64,000 nt of DNA from Clostridiales bacterium (GCA_021205455.1 JAJPXL010000089.1:68570-132569); one strand, 5' to 3'; counted from the stretch's first letter, positions 1 to 9,546 are shown. The notes: generated from the sequence alone by a model not told the origin. Program-made: numbers and translations.

Positions 1-2
1 TG

Positions 3-620
3 CAGACCTACTCAGACGGAGCGGAGCTGGTGGAGGACTATCGGCCGGTTTGGGACATTCTGCTGCTGGATGTGGACATGCCCGGGCTGGACGGCATTTC
101 CGCCGCTCGCTGCATCCGGGAGGTTGACGCCGATGTGGTCATCATTTTCGTCACCAACCTGGCCCAATACGCCATCTGCGGCTATGAGGTGAACGCGCTG
201 GACTATGTGCTCAAGCCGATCAACTATTACGCCCTCTCCATGAAGCTGAAAAAGGCGCTGCGGTTCTGCCACAGGGACGGGTCGAAGTTCCTCCTGCTGA
301 ACCAGGGCGGCGATGTTGTGCGCATTCCGCTGCGTCAGCTGTATTATGTGGAGGTCTATAATCACCAGCTGCGCTACCGCACAGCGGAGGGCGACTTCCT
401 TACCACCGGCTCCCGCTCGCTGACGGCGGTGGCAAAGGAACTGGCAGGGGATGGCTTTGTCCGATGCCATAGCGGCTACCTGGTGAATCTGCGGTATGTG
501 GACAAGCTGGAGGGCAATAACGTGCAGGTGGCAGGGGAGCTGCTGCCGGTCAGCCGGAAGCGCCGGAAGGAGTTTTTGCAGGCGCTGCTGGACGACGCCA
601 AGGGAGGAGTCAAACTATGA
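3..620 (+). CDS. LytR/AlgR (LytTR) family response regulator, 5' end cut by window edge
   Basis: The frame is open from base 3. Receiver motifs (LLLDVDMPGLDG, VIIFVTN, DYVLKP) are followed by a LytTR domain (RIPLRQLYYVEV, FVRCHSGYLVNLRYV). The stop overlaps the next start (ATGA at 617-620). Confidence 0.9.
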   Translation, partial: QTYSDGAELVEDYRPVWDILLLDVDMPGLDGISAARCIREVDADVVIIFVTNLAQYAICGYEVNALDYVLKPINYYALSMKLKKALRFCHRDGSKFLLLNQGGDVVRIPLRQLYYVEVYNHQLRYRTAEGDFLTTGSRSLTAVAKELAGDGFVRCHSGYLVNLRYVDKLEGNNVQVAGELLPVSRKRRKEFLQALLDDAKGGVKL

Positions 621-1936
621 AGGACTATCTGCTCTGTGTGCTGCGGCCGGACTTTGCCCAGGCAATGCCGCTGATGGCCCTGGCCTTTCTGCTGCCGCTG
701 AAGCATCGGAAGCACTGGCAGCCCAGGCTGGCGGTCTGGATCACGCTGTGCTTCCTCTACGGCGGCTTTATTACGCAGCAATATCACTACGGCTACGGTA
801 CGCCATGGCAGCTGTTCTGCTGCTATGTTGTCCCTCTGCTCCTGGGCTATGGGACCTTTGTGCTCGCCTGTGACATCTCTGTTCGGGACGCGTTGTACGG
901 AGCGGCCTGTGCCTATGCCGCGCAGCACGCCCACTTCTGCGTCACCATCATCCTTTGGGGGGAGAACTATACGGCGCAGTATGCCTCAGGGCGCTTCGCC
1001 CTCGGTTATGTTAAGGAGTGGGCGGTATTTCTGGCGGTCTGGGCGGTGTGCTATCTGCTGTTCGCCCGGAGGCTGCCGGTGCAGGGCGCATATAAGGCAG
1101 ACTGGCGGAAGGCAATCAGTACCGCGGTGATCGTTCTGGTGATTGCCATGGTGCTGAACCGAACCGTGCGGAGCATTTTTGACAGCGCAGGTGGCTCCAC
1201 GGTTGCCTATGCCATCTGTATGGCCTACGACCTGTTCAACTGCCTGTTCCTGCTGTGGCTCCAGACCGAGCAGCGCAGGGAGCTGACCCTGGTCGCCACG
1301 CTGGAAGGGGAGCGCCGCCTGCGCAGGCGGATGGAGGAGCAATATGAGCTGTCCAAGGAGAATATCTCCATCATCAATCAGAAGTGCCACGACCTGAAGC
1401 ATCAGGTTTCCGCCCTGAGGCTGGTCAGGGACCAGGACGCACAGGAGGCGGGGCTGCGGGAGCTGGAAAGCGCGGTGCTGATTTACGACGCAGTATCCAA
1501 GACGGGCAACGAGGTGTTGGATACCGTCCTGACGGAAAAGAGCCTGCTCTGCGAGAAAAACGGCATCTCCTGGACATGTATGGCGGACGGCGGCCTGCTG
1601 GACTTTATGCAGGCGGTAGACCTTTACACCCTGTTCGGCAACGCCCTGGACAACGCCATTGAGAGCAGCCAGGCCGTTGACGAAGCGGAGCGGCGCACAG
1701 TCGCTGTGGAGGTGCGGAACCGGCACGGTGCGGCGTTCATTCAAATTGAGAACTACTACGCCCGGCCCGTCCGGTTGCAGGACGGCCTGCCTCTCACCAC
1801 CAAGCCGGACGCGGAAAATCACGGCTACGGCCTGAAAAGCATCCGCTCCATCACGGAGCGCTACGGCGGCGTGATGGATATTGCGGCGGAGGACAATATC
1901 TTCCGCCTGAACATCCTGATCCCCATTCCCGCTTAA
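617..1936 (+). CDS. AgrC-like (GHKL) membrane sensor histidine kinase
   Basis: ATGA overlap with the upstream regulator. The N-terminal half has multiple hydrophobic helices. There is a His-box-like region (NQKCHDLKHQVSAL) and ATPase motifs (FGNALDNAIE, HGYGLKSI). Confidence 0.85.
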   Translation: MKDYLLCVLRPDFAQAMPLMALAFLLPLKHRKHWQPRLAVWITLCFLYGGFITQQYHYGYGTPWQLFCCYVVPLLLGYGTFVLACDISVRDALYGAACAYAAQHAHFCVTIILWGENYTAQYASGRFALGYVKEWAVFLAVWAVCYLLFARRLPVQGAYKADWRKAISTAVIVLVIAMVLNRTVRSIFDSAGGSTVAYAICMAYDLFNCLFLLWLQTEQRRELTLVATLEGERRLRRRMEEQYELSKENISIINQKCHDLKHQVSALRLVRDQDAQEAGLRELESAVLIYDAVSKTGNEVLDTVLTEKSLLCEKNGISWTCMADGGLLDFMQAVDLYTLFGNALDNAIESSQAVDEAERRTVAVEVRNRHGAAFIQIENYYARPVRLQDGLPLTTKPDAENHGYGLKSIRSITERYGGVMDIAAEDNIFRLNILIPIPA

Positions 1937-1948
1937 CGCAACATCTGC

Positions 1949-1986
1949 GTCCCCGTCTGCGGAACCACCGCAGGCGGGGACGTTTT
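1949..1986 (+). terminator. Rho-independent terminator after the kinase gene
   Basis: 14-bp GC-rich stem (GTCCCCGTCTGCGG / CCGCAGGCGGGGAC, one G-U pair), 5-nt loop (1963-1967), followed by GTTTTG. Confidence 0.7.
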
Positions 1987-2044
1987 GCCAACTGCGAATT
2001 GAAAATGACCGGTTACGAATTCTCCCACAAAAAACAAACCACAT

Positions 2045-2053
2045 TGCTATAAT
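2045..2053 (+). promoter_or_regulatory. Candidate extended -10 element (TGCTATAAT) for the GH3 gene
   Basis: TGnTATAAT match about 120 nt upstream of the ATG at 2175. No good -35 is seen. Confidence 0.35.
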
Positions 2054-2174
2054 AGCCTCATCTGCAGGACGGAGGAAGCCCGGCCTGTGAAATCATCGCC
2101 CGGACGGACGGCGCTGGCAGGAGGCAAGCGCGGTTCCTTCCGCGGCAGACCAACGCAAAGAAGGAGAATGCCCA

Positions 2175-5123
2175 ATGAATGAAAAAAAGGTAAAAAAGCC
2201 AGGCAAGCTCGGCATCGTAGTGATATGCCTGCTGCTGGTGGTCACTATTGCGGTCAACGCGGCCTGCTACATTATGCAGGACACGCTGGACGCCTACTTG
2301 GGCAGCCAGCCCACCCTGACCGACGATTTGTCCGAAGCCGCGGATTCGCTGGCTCAGGAGATCGAGGGAGAGGGCCTGGTGCTGCTGCAAAACAAGGATG
2401 ATACCCTGCCCCTCAGCAGCGATGTCACCAAAGTCAACGTGTTCGGCTGGTCCTCGACCCAGTGGATCAGCGGCGGCTCCGGCTCCGGCGGCAGCAGCGC
2501 GGCGGAAGTGGACCTTCTGGGTGCGCTGGAAGCGGCCGGCATCGAGTACAACACTGAGCTGACCGATATGTACACCGACTTCCTCAGCGAGCGGCCGCTG
2601 TACGGCGTTCGGACCTCCCTGAACTCCTACTATGACGACCAGAGCCGCCTGTATGAGCCCTCTGTCTCCGACACGGACTACTACAGCGAGGAGCTGCTGG
2701 CCAACGCCGAGGCCTATTCCGACACCGCCATCGTGGTGTTTGGCCGCTACACCGGTGAGAGCAACGACTGCCCCAAGGTGCAGTACAAGCAGACCACCAA
2801 GGACGGCGACTATGTCACCGATGAGACCCGCACCTATCTGGACCTCTCCACGGAGGAGGAAGAGCTGCTGACCTATGTGGGCAGCCACTATGAGAACGTC
2901 ATCGTCCTGCTGAACACCACCAACCAGATGTCGGTGGGCGCCATCGAGACCATCGAGGGCGTGGACGCCTGTATGCTGGTGGGCTGCACCGGTGATGACG
3001 GGACGGAGGCGGTCGTCTCCGCGCTGTACGGCGGCATCAACCCCTCCGGCCACCTGACGGATACCTATGTGTACGACCTGACCACCTCCTCCACCTATGC
3101 CAACAGCGGCTTTGAGGGGCTGGGCTACTACACCAACGGCGACGGCTACTATCCGGCGGACGGCACCACCAACGGCAACGTGGGCGACAGCCCCACCTAT
3201 GAGGGCGTTGCCTATGTAGACTATGCCGAGAGCATCTATGTGGGCTACAAATGGTATGAAACCGCCGACACTGAAGGCTATTGGGACGACGTTTCCAACG
3301 AGTACGGCGAAGGCTATGACGGTGTGGTGCAGTACCCCTTCGGCTACGGCCTGAGCTACACCGAGTTTGAGTGGGAAATCGTAGACGCCACCTCCGGCGA
3401 GCTGAGCGAGGACGGCACCGTTTCCGTCACCGTGAAGGTCACCAACACCGGCGATGTGGCCGGCAAGGACGTGGTGCAGCTGTACTACAATCCGCCCTAC
3501 TACACCGGCGGCATTGAGAAGTCCTCGGTCAACCTGGCGGACTTTGCCAAGACCGACCTGCTTCAGCCTGGCGAGAGCCAGGAGGTCACCCTGACTCTGG
3601 ACGTGTACGACATGGCCTCCTATGACTGCTACGACGCCAATAACAACGGCTTCACCGGCTACGAGCTGGATGAAGGGGACTACACCTTCATGGTGTCCCG
3701 CAACGCCCACGAGGTGGTGGACAGCTTCACCTGCACCATCTCCCAGAACATTCAGTATCCTGAGGACCCGGTCACCGGCGCGGAGGTTTCCAACCTGTTC
3801 ACCGGTGAGGACGCCGTGGACGGCGTGTCCCTGGACGGCAGCGACTCCGATGCCAACATCACCTATCTGACCCGCGCTGACTTTGAGGGGACCTTCCCCT
3901 CCGAGCTGGCAGAGGATCGGGCCATGACCGACAACGTGGCCGAGCTGAACCTGTACACCGAGGAGATGGCGGAGGCCTGGATCGATGAGGATGATGAGGC
4001 CATCACCACCGGCGCAGACAACGGCCTCTCCATCACCAACGCCGACGGCTCCATCAGCGATCTGGGCTATGCCTTGGGTGCGGACTATGACAATGAACAG
4101 TGGGACGCCCTGCTGGATCAGCTGACCATTGATGAGATGGAGAATATGGTGCTTCACGCCTACAGCAAGACCGGCGCGCTGTCCTCCATCGGCAAGATTC
4201 AGACCTATGAGCTGGACGGTCCCACTCAGATCGGCAGCTTCAGCTGGGGCACGACAGGCAAGGGCTTTGCCAACCCCACCACCCTGGCCCAGACTTTCAA
4301 CAAGGACCTGGCCTATGAGTTCGGCCTGACCAGCGGCGCAGAGGCGGTACAGCTCGGGCTGACCGGCTGGTATGCGCCCGGTGTCAACCTCCATCGTAGC
4401 GCCTTCGGCGGACGGAACTACGAGTATTACTCCGAGGACTCCTACCTCACCGGCGTGTTCGGGTCTCTGACGGTGGAGGGCGCCAAGGACACCGGCATCT
4501 ACACCTTCGTGAAGCACTTTGTCGTCTACGACCAGGAGGCCGCCCGTGACGGTGTGTACACCTGGATGACCGAACAGACTCTGCGGGAAACCTATCTCAG
4601 CCCCTTCCGTATGCTGGTGGAAGAGGCCGACTGCACCGGCATTATGTCCGCCTACAACCGGCTGGGCGCTGTCTGGGCAGGCGGCAGCGAGGCCCTGCTG
4701 ACCAGCGTGCTTCGGGACGAATGGAACTTCCAGGGGGCCGTACTGACCGACTATGCGGACCACCAGGTCTATATGAACGGCGACCAGTCGCTTCGGGCCG
4801 GCGGCGACCTGTGGATGGACGGCTGGCTCAGCGACGGTACCTTTATGTATGAGACCTCCTCGAACAGTTACCAGCAGGCCCTCCGCCGTGCGGCGAAGGA
4901 TGTGACCTATATGTATCTGGAGGCAGCCTATACTGCCCAGGAATACGCAGAGGAGAACCCCGACTCCATCTACGTCACGGAAGCGCACGAGAGCATCAAC
5001 ATCTGGAAGACTGCGCTGATTGCCTTTGACGTGGTCGCAGTGCTGGCTATCGCGGCCTGTGTGATTCTGCGGGTGCGTAAGAGCAAGCGCTATCGTGCGC
5101 AGCAGCAAACCACCGAGAACTAA
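2175..5123 (+). CDS. Glycoside hydrolase family 3 (beta-glucosidase-like), membrane anchored, permuted domain order
   Basis: AAGGAG RBS 8 nt upstream. GH3 sandwich-domain motifs come first (LVLLQNKDDTLPL, PFGYGLSYTEFEW). A Fn3-like segment follows (VTNTGDVAGKDVVQLY). Barrel-domain motifs (KHFVVYDQE, FQGAVLTDY) lie near the C-terminus. There are hydrophobic helices at both termini. Confidence 0.85.
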   Translation: MNEKKVKKPGKLGIVVICLLLVVTIAVNAACYIMQDTLDAYLGSQPTLTDDLSEAADSLAQEIEGEGLVLLQNKDDTLPLSSDVTKVNVFGWSSTQWISGGSGSGGSSAAEVDLLGALEAAGIEYNTELTDMYTDFLSERPLYGVRTSLNSYYDDQSRLYEPSVSDTDYYSEELLANAEAYSDTAIVVFGRYTGESNDCPKVQYKQTTKDGDYVTDETRTYLDLSTEEEELLTYVGSHYENVIVLLNTTNQMSVGAIETIEGVDACMLVGCTGDDGTEAVVSALYGGINPSGHLTDTYVYDLTTSSTYANSGFEGLGYYTNGDGYYPADGTTNGNVGDSPTYEGVAYVDYAESIYVGYKWYETADTEGYWDDVSNEYGEGYDGVVQYPFGYGLSYTEFEWEIVDATSGELSEDGTVSVTVKVTNTGDVAGKDVVQLYYNPPYYTGGIEKSSVNLADFAKTDLLQPGESQEVTLTLDVYDMASYDCYDANNNGFTGYELDEGDYTFMVSRNAHEVVDSFTCTISQNIQYPEDPVTGAEVSNLFTGEDAVDGVSLDGSDSDANITYLTRADFEGTFPSELAEDRAMTDNVAELNLYTEEMAEAWIDEDDEAITTGADNGLSITNADGSISDLGYALGADYDNEQWDALLDQLTIDEMENMVLHAYSKTGALSSIGKIQTYELDGPTQIGSFSWGTTGKGFANPTTLAQTFNKDLAYEFGLTSGAEAVQLGLTGWYAPGVNLHRSAFGGRNYEYYSEDSYLTGVFGSLTVEGAKDTGIYTFVKHFVVYDQEAARDGVYTWMTEQTLRETYLSPFRMLVEEADCTGIMSAYNRLGAVWAGGSEALLTSVLRDEWNFQGAVLTDYADHQVYMNGDQSLRAGGDLWMDGWLSDGTFMYETSSNSYQQALRRAAKDVTYMYLEAAYTAQEYAEENPDSIYVTEAHESINIWKTALIAFDVVAVLAIAACVILRVRKSKRYRAQQQTTEN

Positions 5124-5170
5124 CCTTTCAAAACGGTGCGCCTCATTCCTCCTTTCAGGGCGCATTGTTC

Positions 5171-5250
5171 CCCCGGTGAAGCAGGCAGAGATTTGCTTCC
5201 CGTACCCGATTGGGGTACGCTCTGCCTGTCGCCGGGGGAGTTTCTGTTTG
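5171..5250 (+). terminator. Long imperfect hairpin between convergent genes (probable terminator)
   Basis: CAGGCAGAG (5182-5190) pairs with CTCTGCCTG (5220-5228). An outer CCCCGG/CCGGGG stem is present, followed by a T-rich tail (GTTTCTGTTTG). Confidence 0.45.
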
Positions 5251-5282
5251 AACCATTATTGGAATGGTGGACGGTCAAGCGC

Positions 5283-6941
5283 CTAGCTCATCCTCCCATG
5301 CTCCACGGAGTAGACCGTATCGGCAATGCGCATGGTGGAGCGGCGGTGGGAGACCAGCACGACAGTCTTACCCGCCTGCTCCTCCCGCAGGGAGCGCAGA
5401 ATCACCGCCTCGTTCAGGCTGTCCAGATTGCTGGTTGGCTCATCCAGCAGCACAAAGGGCGCGTCGTGAAGGAAGGCGCGGGCCAGCCCCAGCCGCTGCC
5501 GTTCCCCGCCGGAGAGGGTATCGCCCAATTCGCCCACCGGCGTGTCGTAGCCCTTGGGCAGGGTCATAATAAAATCGTGGACGGAAGCCTTTTGGCAGGC
5601 CGCAACGATTTCTTCGTCCGTAGCATCCAGCTTCGCAATGCGCAGATTGTTGCGGATGCTGTCATGGAAGAGGTGTGTTTCCTGGGTCACGAAGCTCTCC
5701 ATATCCCGCAGGTTCGCGGTATTGATGGCATCCACCGCCGTTCCGGAGATGGAGATTTTTCCCCTGTCCACGCTCCAGAAACGCATCAGCAGTTTTAGAA
5801 GGGTAGACTTCCCGCTGCCGCTGCGGCCCGTGATGCCGATGATCTGATGCTCCGGGAAGCTGGCGGAGACATCCTGCAAAATAACCTCCTGCCCATAGGA
5901 AAAGGTCACCTGCTCCGCCGCCGCGCCGTGGAAGGACACCTCCGGCTGCCCGGAAATCTCCTCCGTCACCGGCGTTTCCTCCAGAATATCCAGCACCCGA
6001 TTGCCGGCTGCAAAGGTGTTTTGCAGCGTGCTGCCCAGCCCCGCCAGGGCCACCACAGGGCCGAAGGAGGAGAACAGCGCGATGACAGGGATCAGCACCC
6101 CAGCGAAGTCCACCTGGCCCTGCCGGTAAAGGGAAGCAGCGGCCAGCAGCATGGCGAGGTCGAAAAGCAGAATCACAGTGTTGGTTACGGCGCTGTTCAG
6201 CCCTGTGTTCCGCTTCATCTGTTCCTCGGTCTCGGAAAGGGCATCGGTGCGGCGGTTCATCTCCGCGAGGCGCTCTGCCCCCTGGGCGTATTGAATGGTC
6301 TCGGACAGCCCCCGCATACTGTCCAGCACGAAGCCGGAGAGCGCGCCGGAGTCGGTGCGGAACCGCAGCCCCGCATCTCCGCTGAGTTTGGATACGGCCA
6401 GCGGCATGACAATGCCGACCACCAGATACGCCGCCAGCGCCAGCAGCCCCAGCGCCCAGTGGAAAGAGCCAATGAACAGGCACAGAATGACGGTGAACAG
6501 CAGCGCAATGGCCGCCGGGGAAATGGTATGGGCATAAAACACCTCCAGCAGCTCAATATCCGAGGTGATGACAGAGATCAGGTCCCCCTTGTCCCGTCCC
6601 TCCAGCTTGGCCGGGCATAGTTTCCGCAGCGCCCGGAATACCCTGTCCCGAATCAGCGCCAGCAGCTTGAAGGCGATGAAGTGGTTGCACGCCTGCTCCC
6701 CATAGCGCAGCCCCGCCCGCAGGAGGGCGAAGAGCAGCACACAGACAAATATCCCAATCAGAGAGAAGGGGGTGTCAACGCCCACCAGCTCCAGCACAGC
6801 GCAGCCGCCCAGCACCGTGATAAAGGTGGCGCACAGGTGACCGATCAGGCCCATACAGATGGCCAGCACCATAAAGCCCGTCAGGGGCTTCACCAGCCCC
6901 ACCAGCCGCAGCATAACGGTAAATCCATTTCTCCGTTTCAT
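5283..6941 (-). CDS. ABC exporter, fused permease/ATPase (CydC-like subunit)
   Basis: N-terminal 6-TM domain, Walker A (GRSGSGKST), signature (LSGGERQRL) and Walker B (LLDEPTS). The start was chosen at MKRRNGF, which overlaps the upstream stop (ATGA at 6938-6941). The ORF-track N-terminal extension is not used. Confidence 0.8.
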   Translation of the reverse strand: MKRRNGFTVMLRLVGLVKPLTGFMVLAICMGLIGHLCATFITVLGGCAVLELVGVDTPFSLIGIFVCVLLFALLRAGLRYGEQACNHFIAFKLLALIRDRVFRALRKLCPAKLEGRDKGDLISVITSDIELLEVFYAHTISPAAIALLFTVILCLFIGSFHWALGLLALAAYLVVGIVMPLAVSKLSGDAGLRFRTDSGALSGFVLDSMRGLSETIQYAQGAERLAEMNRRTDALSETEEQMKRNTGLNSAVTNTVILLFDLAMLLAAASLYRQGQVDFAGVLIPVIALFSSFGPVVALAGLGSTLQNTFAAGNRVLDILEETPVTEEISGQPEVSFHGAAAEQVTFSYGQEVILQDVSASFPEHQIIGITGRSGSGKSTLLKLLMRFWSVDRGKISISGTAVDAINTANLRDMESFVTQETHLFHDSIRNNLRIAKLDATDEEIVAACQKASVHDFIMTLPKGYDTPVGELGDTLSGGERQRLGLARAFLHDAPFVLLDEPTSNLDSLNEAVILRSLREEQAGKTVVLVSHRRSTMRIADTVYSVEHGRMS

Positions 6942-8671
6942 TGCACCGCACCGTCCTTTCCGTAATTCTCCAGGCGCTGCTGCGTCTGCCACAGCGTGGC
7001 ATATTGGCCGCCCTTCTGCAAAAGGGCTTCATGGGTGCCCCGCTCCGTGACGATGCCGTTATCCATGACGTAAATACAGTCCGATGCGGTCACGTTTGCC
7101 AGACGGTGAGAAATCAGGATGACAGTCTTTCGCTTTGCCAGGGCATGAATCTGCGCCATGATGTCAGTCTCGCTCTCCACATCGATGTTGGAGGTGGCTT
7201 CGTCAAAGAGGTACACCGGACTGTCGTGGAGCAGCGCCCGGGCCAACGCCAGCCGCTGACGCTGGCCGCCGGACAGGTTGCCGCCCTGTTCCGTCAGGCA
7301 GGTATCCAGGCCGCGTTCCCCTCTGAGGAAGTCCGCCAGCTTCACCTGCTCCAGCACGCTCCAAAGGGTTTCGTCGTCCGCATCCGGACGGCCCATCAGC
7401 AGATTGTCCCGCACGGTGCCCTTGAACAGATAGCTCTGGTGGCTGATATAGGTGATGTTTTCCATCAGACTGGCCTCATTTAGCTCCCGCAGCTCCACGC
7501 CGCCTATGGTGACGCTGCCCTGATAGGACCGGTTCCGCCCCATCAGGATAGCGGCCACGGTGGATTTGCCACAGCCGGATTCCCCGACAATGGACAGGAA
7601 GCCTCCCTGTGGGAACTCCAGGTCGATGCCGTGGAGCACTTCCCGCTCCGGCTCATAGGAGAAGCGCAGCCCTCGGCAAGCGATGGAAGCGCCTGCCGGG
7701 CAGGGCGTCGTCTTCTGTTCCTCCTCCGGCAGGTCCAGCAGGTGGAAGATTTTGTCGCTGGCCGCCATGCCGTTCATGGCAACGTGGAAGTAGGAGCCCA
7801 GCTGGCGCATGGGAAGGAAGAAATCCGCACTCAGCAGGATGATAAGCAAACACCCGGCCAGGCTGACGTGCCCTGCAGCGCACTGCGTGGCGGCCATGAT
7901 GATGCCCAGCGCCGCTCCGCCGTAGGCGACAAAGTCCATGATGGTGATGGAGTTCAGCTGCATGGTCAGCACCTTCATGGTGATGCGGCGAAACTTCTCC
8001 GCTTCCTCGTTCATCTCCTGCTGCTTGAATTCATCCGCCTGGTAGATTTTCAGGGTGGTCAGCCCCTGTAGATTCTCCAGAAAGGTATCGCCCAGGGCGG
8101 TGTACTGTCCCCAATACTTACTCAGCAGCTTCTTGGCCCAGGTCTGCACCGCCGCAATGGCCACCGGAATCAGCGGCACGCACACCAGCAGCACGATGGC
8201 CGAGGGAATATTCACAAAGCACAGATACACAAACAGCGTCAGCGGGGCCAGCATGGCGTAGAAAAACTGGGGCAGGTACGCGCCGAAATAGGTCTCCAGC
8301 TGGTCTACACCCTCTACCGCCACCTGGACCACCTCTGAGGTTTTGACCTGCTCGTTGTAGGATGCGCCCAGCCGCAGCAGCTTCTGATAAATCTGCTCCC
8401 GCAGCGTCCGCTTGACCGCCTTGGAGGAGAGGAAGCTCATCCGTGACGCGCCGATGGTGCAGGCAAAGCGCACAACAACTGCCGCCAGAACAACGGCGGC
8501 TGTAGCCTGCATCGTCTGCCCCTCTCCGGTGAACAGCCCCGCCAGAAACGCTGTGATGCCTGTCATCATGGCGATGTTGGCCACCAGGGAACACCACTGG
8601 AAAAGCACATTTCCTATGATATACTTCATACTTTCGCTGACCGTGCCGATCAGCCGTCTGTCGATCATCAT
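6938..8671 (-). CDS. ABC exporter, fused permease/ATPase (CydD-like subunit)
   Basis: TM domain plus Walker A (GESGCGKST), LSGGQRQRL and Walker B (LFDEATS). The start was chosen at MMIDRRL (8671), with a GAAAGGAAG RBS upstream. Confidence 0.8.
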   Translation of the reverse strand: MMIDRRLIGTVSESMKYIIGNVLFQWCSLVANIAMMTGITAFLAGLFTGEGQTMQATAAVVLAAVVVRFACTIGASRMSFLSSKAVKRTLREQIYQKLLRLGASYNEQVKTSEVVQVAVEGVDQLETYFGAYLPQFFYAMLAPLTLFVYLCFVNIPSAIVLLVCVPLIPVAIAAVQTWAKKLLSKYWGQYTALGDTFLENLQGLTTLKIYQADEFKQQEMNEEAEKFRRITMKVLTMQLNSITIMDFVAYGGAALGIIMAATQCAAGHVSLAGCLLIILLSADFFLPMRQLGSYFHVAMNGMAASDKIFHLLDLPEEEQKTTPCPAGASIACRGLRFSYEPEREVLHGIDLEFPQGGFLSIVGESGCGKSTVAAILMGRNRSYQGSVTIGGVELRELNEASLMENITYISHQSYLFKGTVRDNLLMGRPDADDETLWSVLEQVKLADFLRGERGLDTCLTEQGGNLSGGQRQRLALARALLHDSPVYLFDEATSNIDVESETDIMAQIHALAKRKTVILISHRLANVTASDCIYVMDNGIVTERGTHEALLQKGGQYATLWQTQQRLENYGKDGAVQ

Positions 8672-8954
8672 ACTCTTTAACTTCCTTTCTGAGTTTGTCT
8701 CTTTGCGCGGCAAGGCATCGAAGGGCGTGAGGGCCTTGCTTCGCCGGTGCGGCGTGACCACGCTTTGATTAGAAGGGCCTAACATTTATACCACGGAAAA
8801 GCCGCCCGTCTTTAAAGTGCGGCCTGCCGGATTGTTTGATTTTAACGCTGAAAATTAGCTCAAGCTAACTGCACTATACCATAACCGCAGTGGAAAATCA
8901 ATTCTAAAATTCCACAGAACGCAGTCCTGGCAAAACCATTGCGGGCTGCAAACA

Positions 8955-8996
8955 GACCAAAAGCGCTGCCAGCTCCGTTGGGGGCTGGAAGCGCTT
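8955..8996 (-). terminator. Rho-independent terminator downstream of the nicotinamidase-like gene
   Basis: On the minus strand: AAGCGCTTCCAGC ... GCTGGCAGCGCTT (13 bp, one mismatch), followed by TTTTGG. Confidence 0.65.
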
Positions 8997-9012
8997 CTTG
9001 ATAGAACGTAAC

Positions 9013-9525
9013 TCATTCCACGTTGATTTGACACATCTCCATAGCGCGCAGGGCGTTGGCGTGGCTGTCAGGCGTAACGCCGGCGCAGCAGGACGCATCA
9101 ACACAGATCGGCACCTCCGGAACGGCCGCCTTGAGCAGCAGCGCATTGGAAATCACGCAGATATCCGTACAGAGGCCGACCAACTCAATCTCCTCCAGAT
9201 CCTCTAACTGGGCCGCATAGCGGGCCAGCTCCAGGGAACCGAAGGAGGGCTTATCCAGAATCAGGCAGCCCTGGGTGGGCAGCTCCGGGATGATCTCCCA
9301 GCCAGGCGTCCCTTGGATGCAGTGGGGAACCGGCAGCTTCCGGCCCTCCTGGGTGTCCAGGTACTGCTCCGTATGGGTGTCCCGGGTGAATACTGTAGTC
9401 CAGCCCGCAGCCTGACGGGCCACAATCTTTTCCTGCACACGGGGCACAATGGCCACCGCCTCCGAGGTTCCCAGCGCGCCGTCCACGAAGTCCTTCTGCA
9501 TATCTACAACGACCAATAGCTTCAT
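9013..9525 (-). CDS. pncA: Isochorismatase-family cysteine hydrolase, nicotinamidase/pyrazinamidase-like
   Basis: Catalytic-triad context: VVVDMQKDF (Asp), LDKPSFG (Lys), LVGLCTDICV (Cys). Metal-site-like RDTH..HC..GTPGW. The start was chosen at MKLLVVV, with an AAAGGAGA RBS. Confidence 0.7.
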   Translation of the reverse strand: MKLLVVVDMQKDFVDGALGTSEAVAIVPRVQEKIVARQAAGWTTVFTRDTHTEQYLDTQEGRKLPVPHCIQGTPGWEIIPELPTQGCLILDKPSFGSLELARYAAQLEDLEEIELVGLCTDICVISNALLLKAAVPEVPICVDASCCAGVTPDSHANALRAMEMCQINVE

Positions 9526-9546
9526 AGCATCGTCTCCTTTTCCCAT

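Noticed and set aside
2058-5165. A 1035-aa ORF antisense to the GH3 gene. Similar long antisense ORFs occur at 34263-37199, 18223-19884, 37427-38677, 38760-39932, 47805-49058, 19981-21000, 50774-51826 and 53543-54709.
   Set aside because: Their translations are low-complexity and rich in Gly, Val, Ala, Arg and His, with no recognisable motifs. Each lies exactly opposite a gene with strong family motifs. This is the classic shadow-ORF effect of high GC3 codon usage.
8672-8785. N-terminal extensions in the ORF track. Examples: 6938-8785, 5283-6992, 9013-9546, 9641-10501, 20873-21793, 31928-33010, 33107-34045, 44525-46000, 45877-46722, 46606-47289 and 47318-48094.
   Set aside because: Internal starts have proper RBSs, ATGA-type coupling or family-typical N-termini. 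The extensions translate to atypical sequence and often overlap the neighbouring gene.
8672-9012. A possible riboswitch or attenuator in the long leader upstream of the CydD-like gene, including small hairpins and the TAGCT-N2-AGCTA inverted repeat.
   Set aside because: I could not match it to any riboswitch consensus. The hairpins are short, and part of the region is explained by the pncA terminator.
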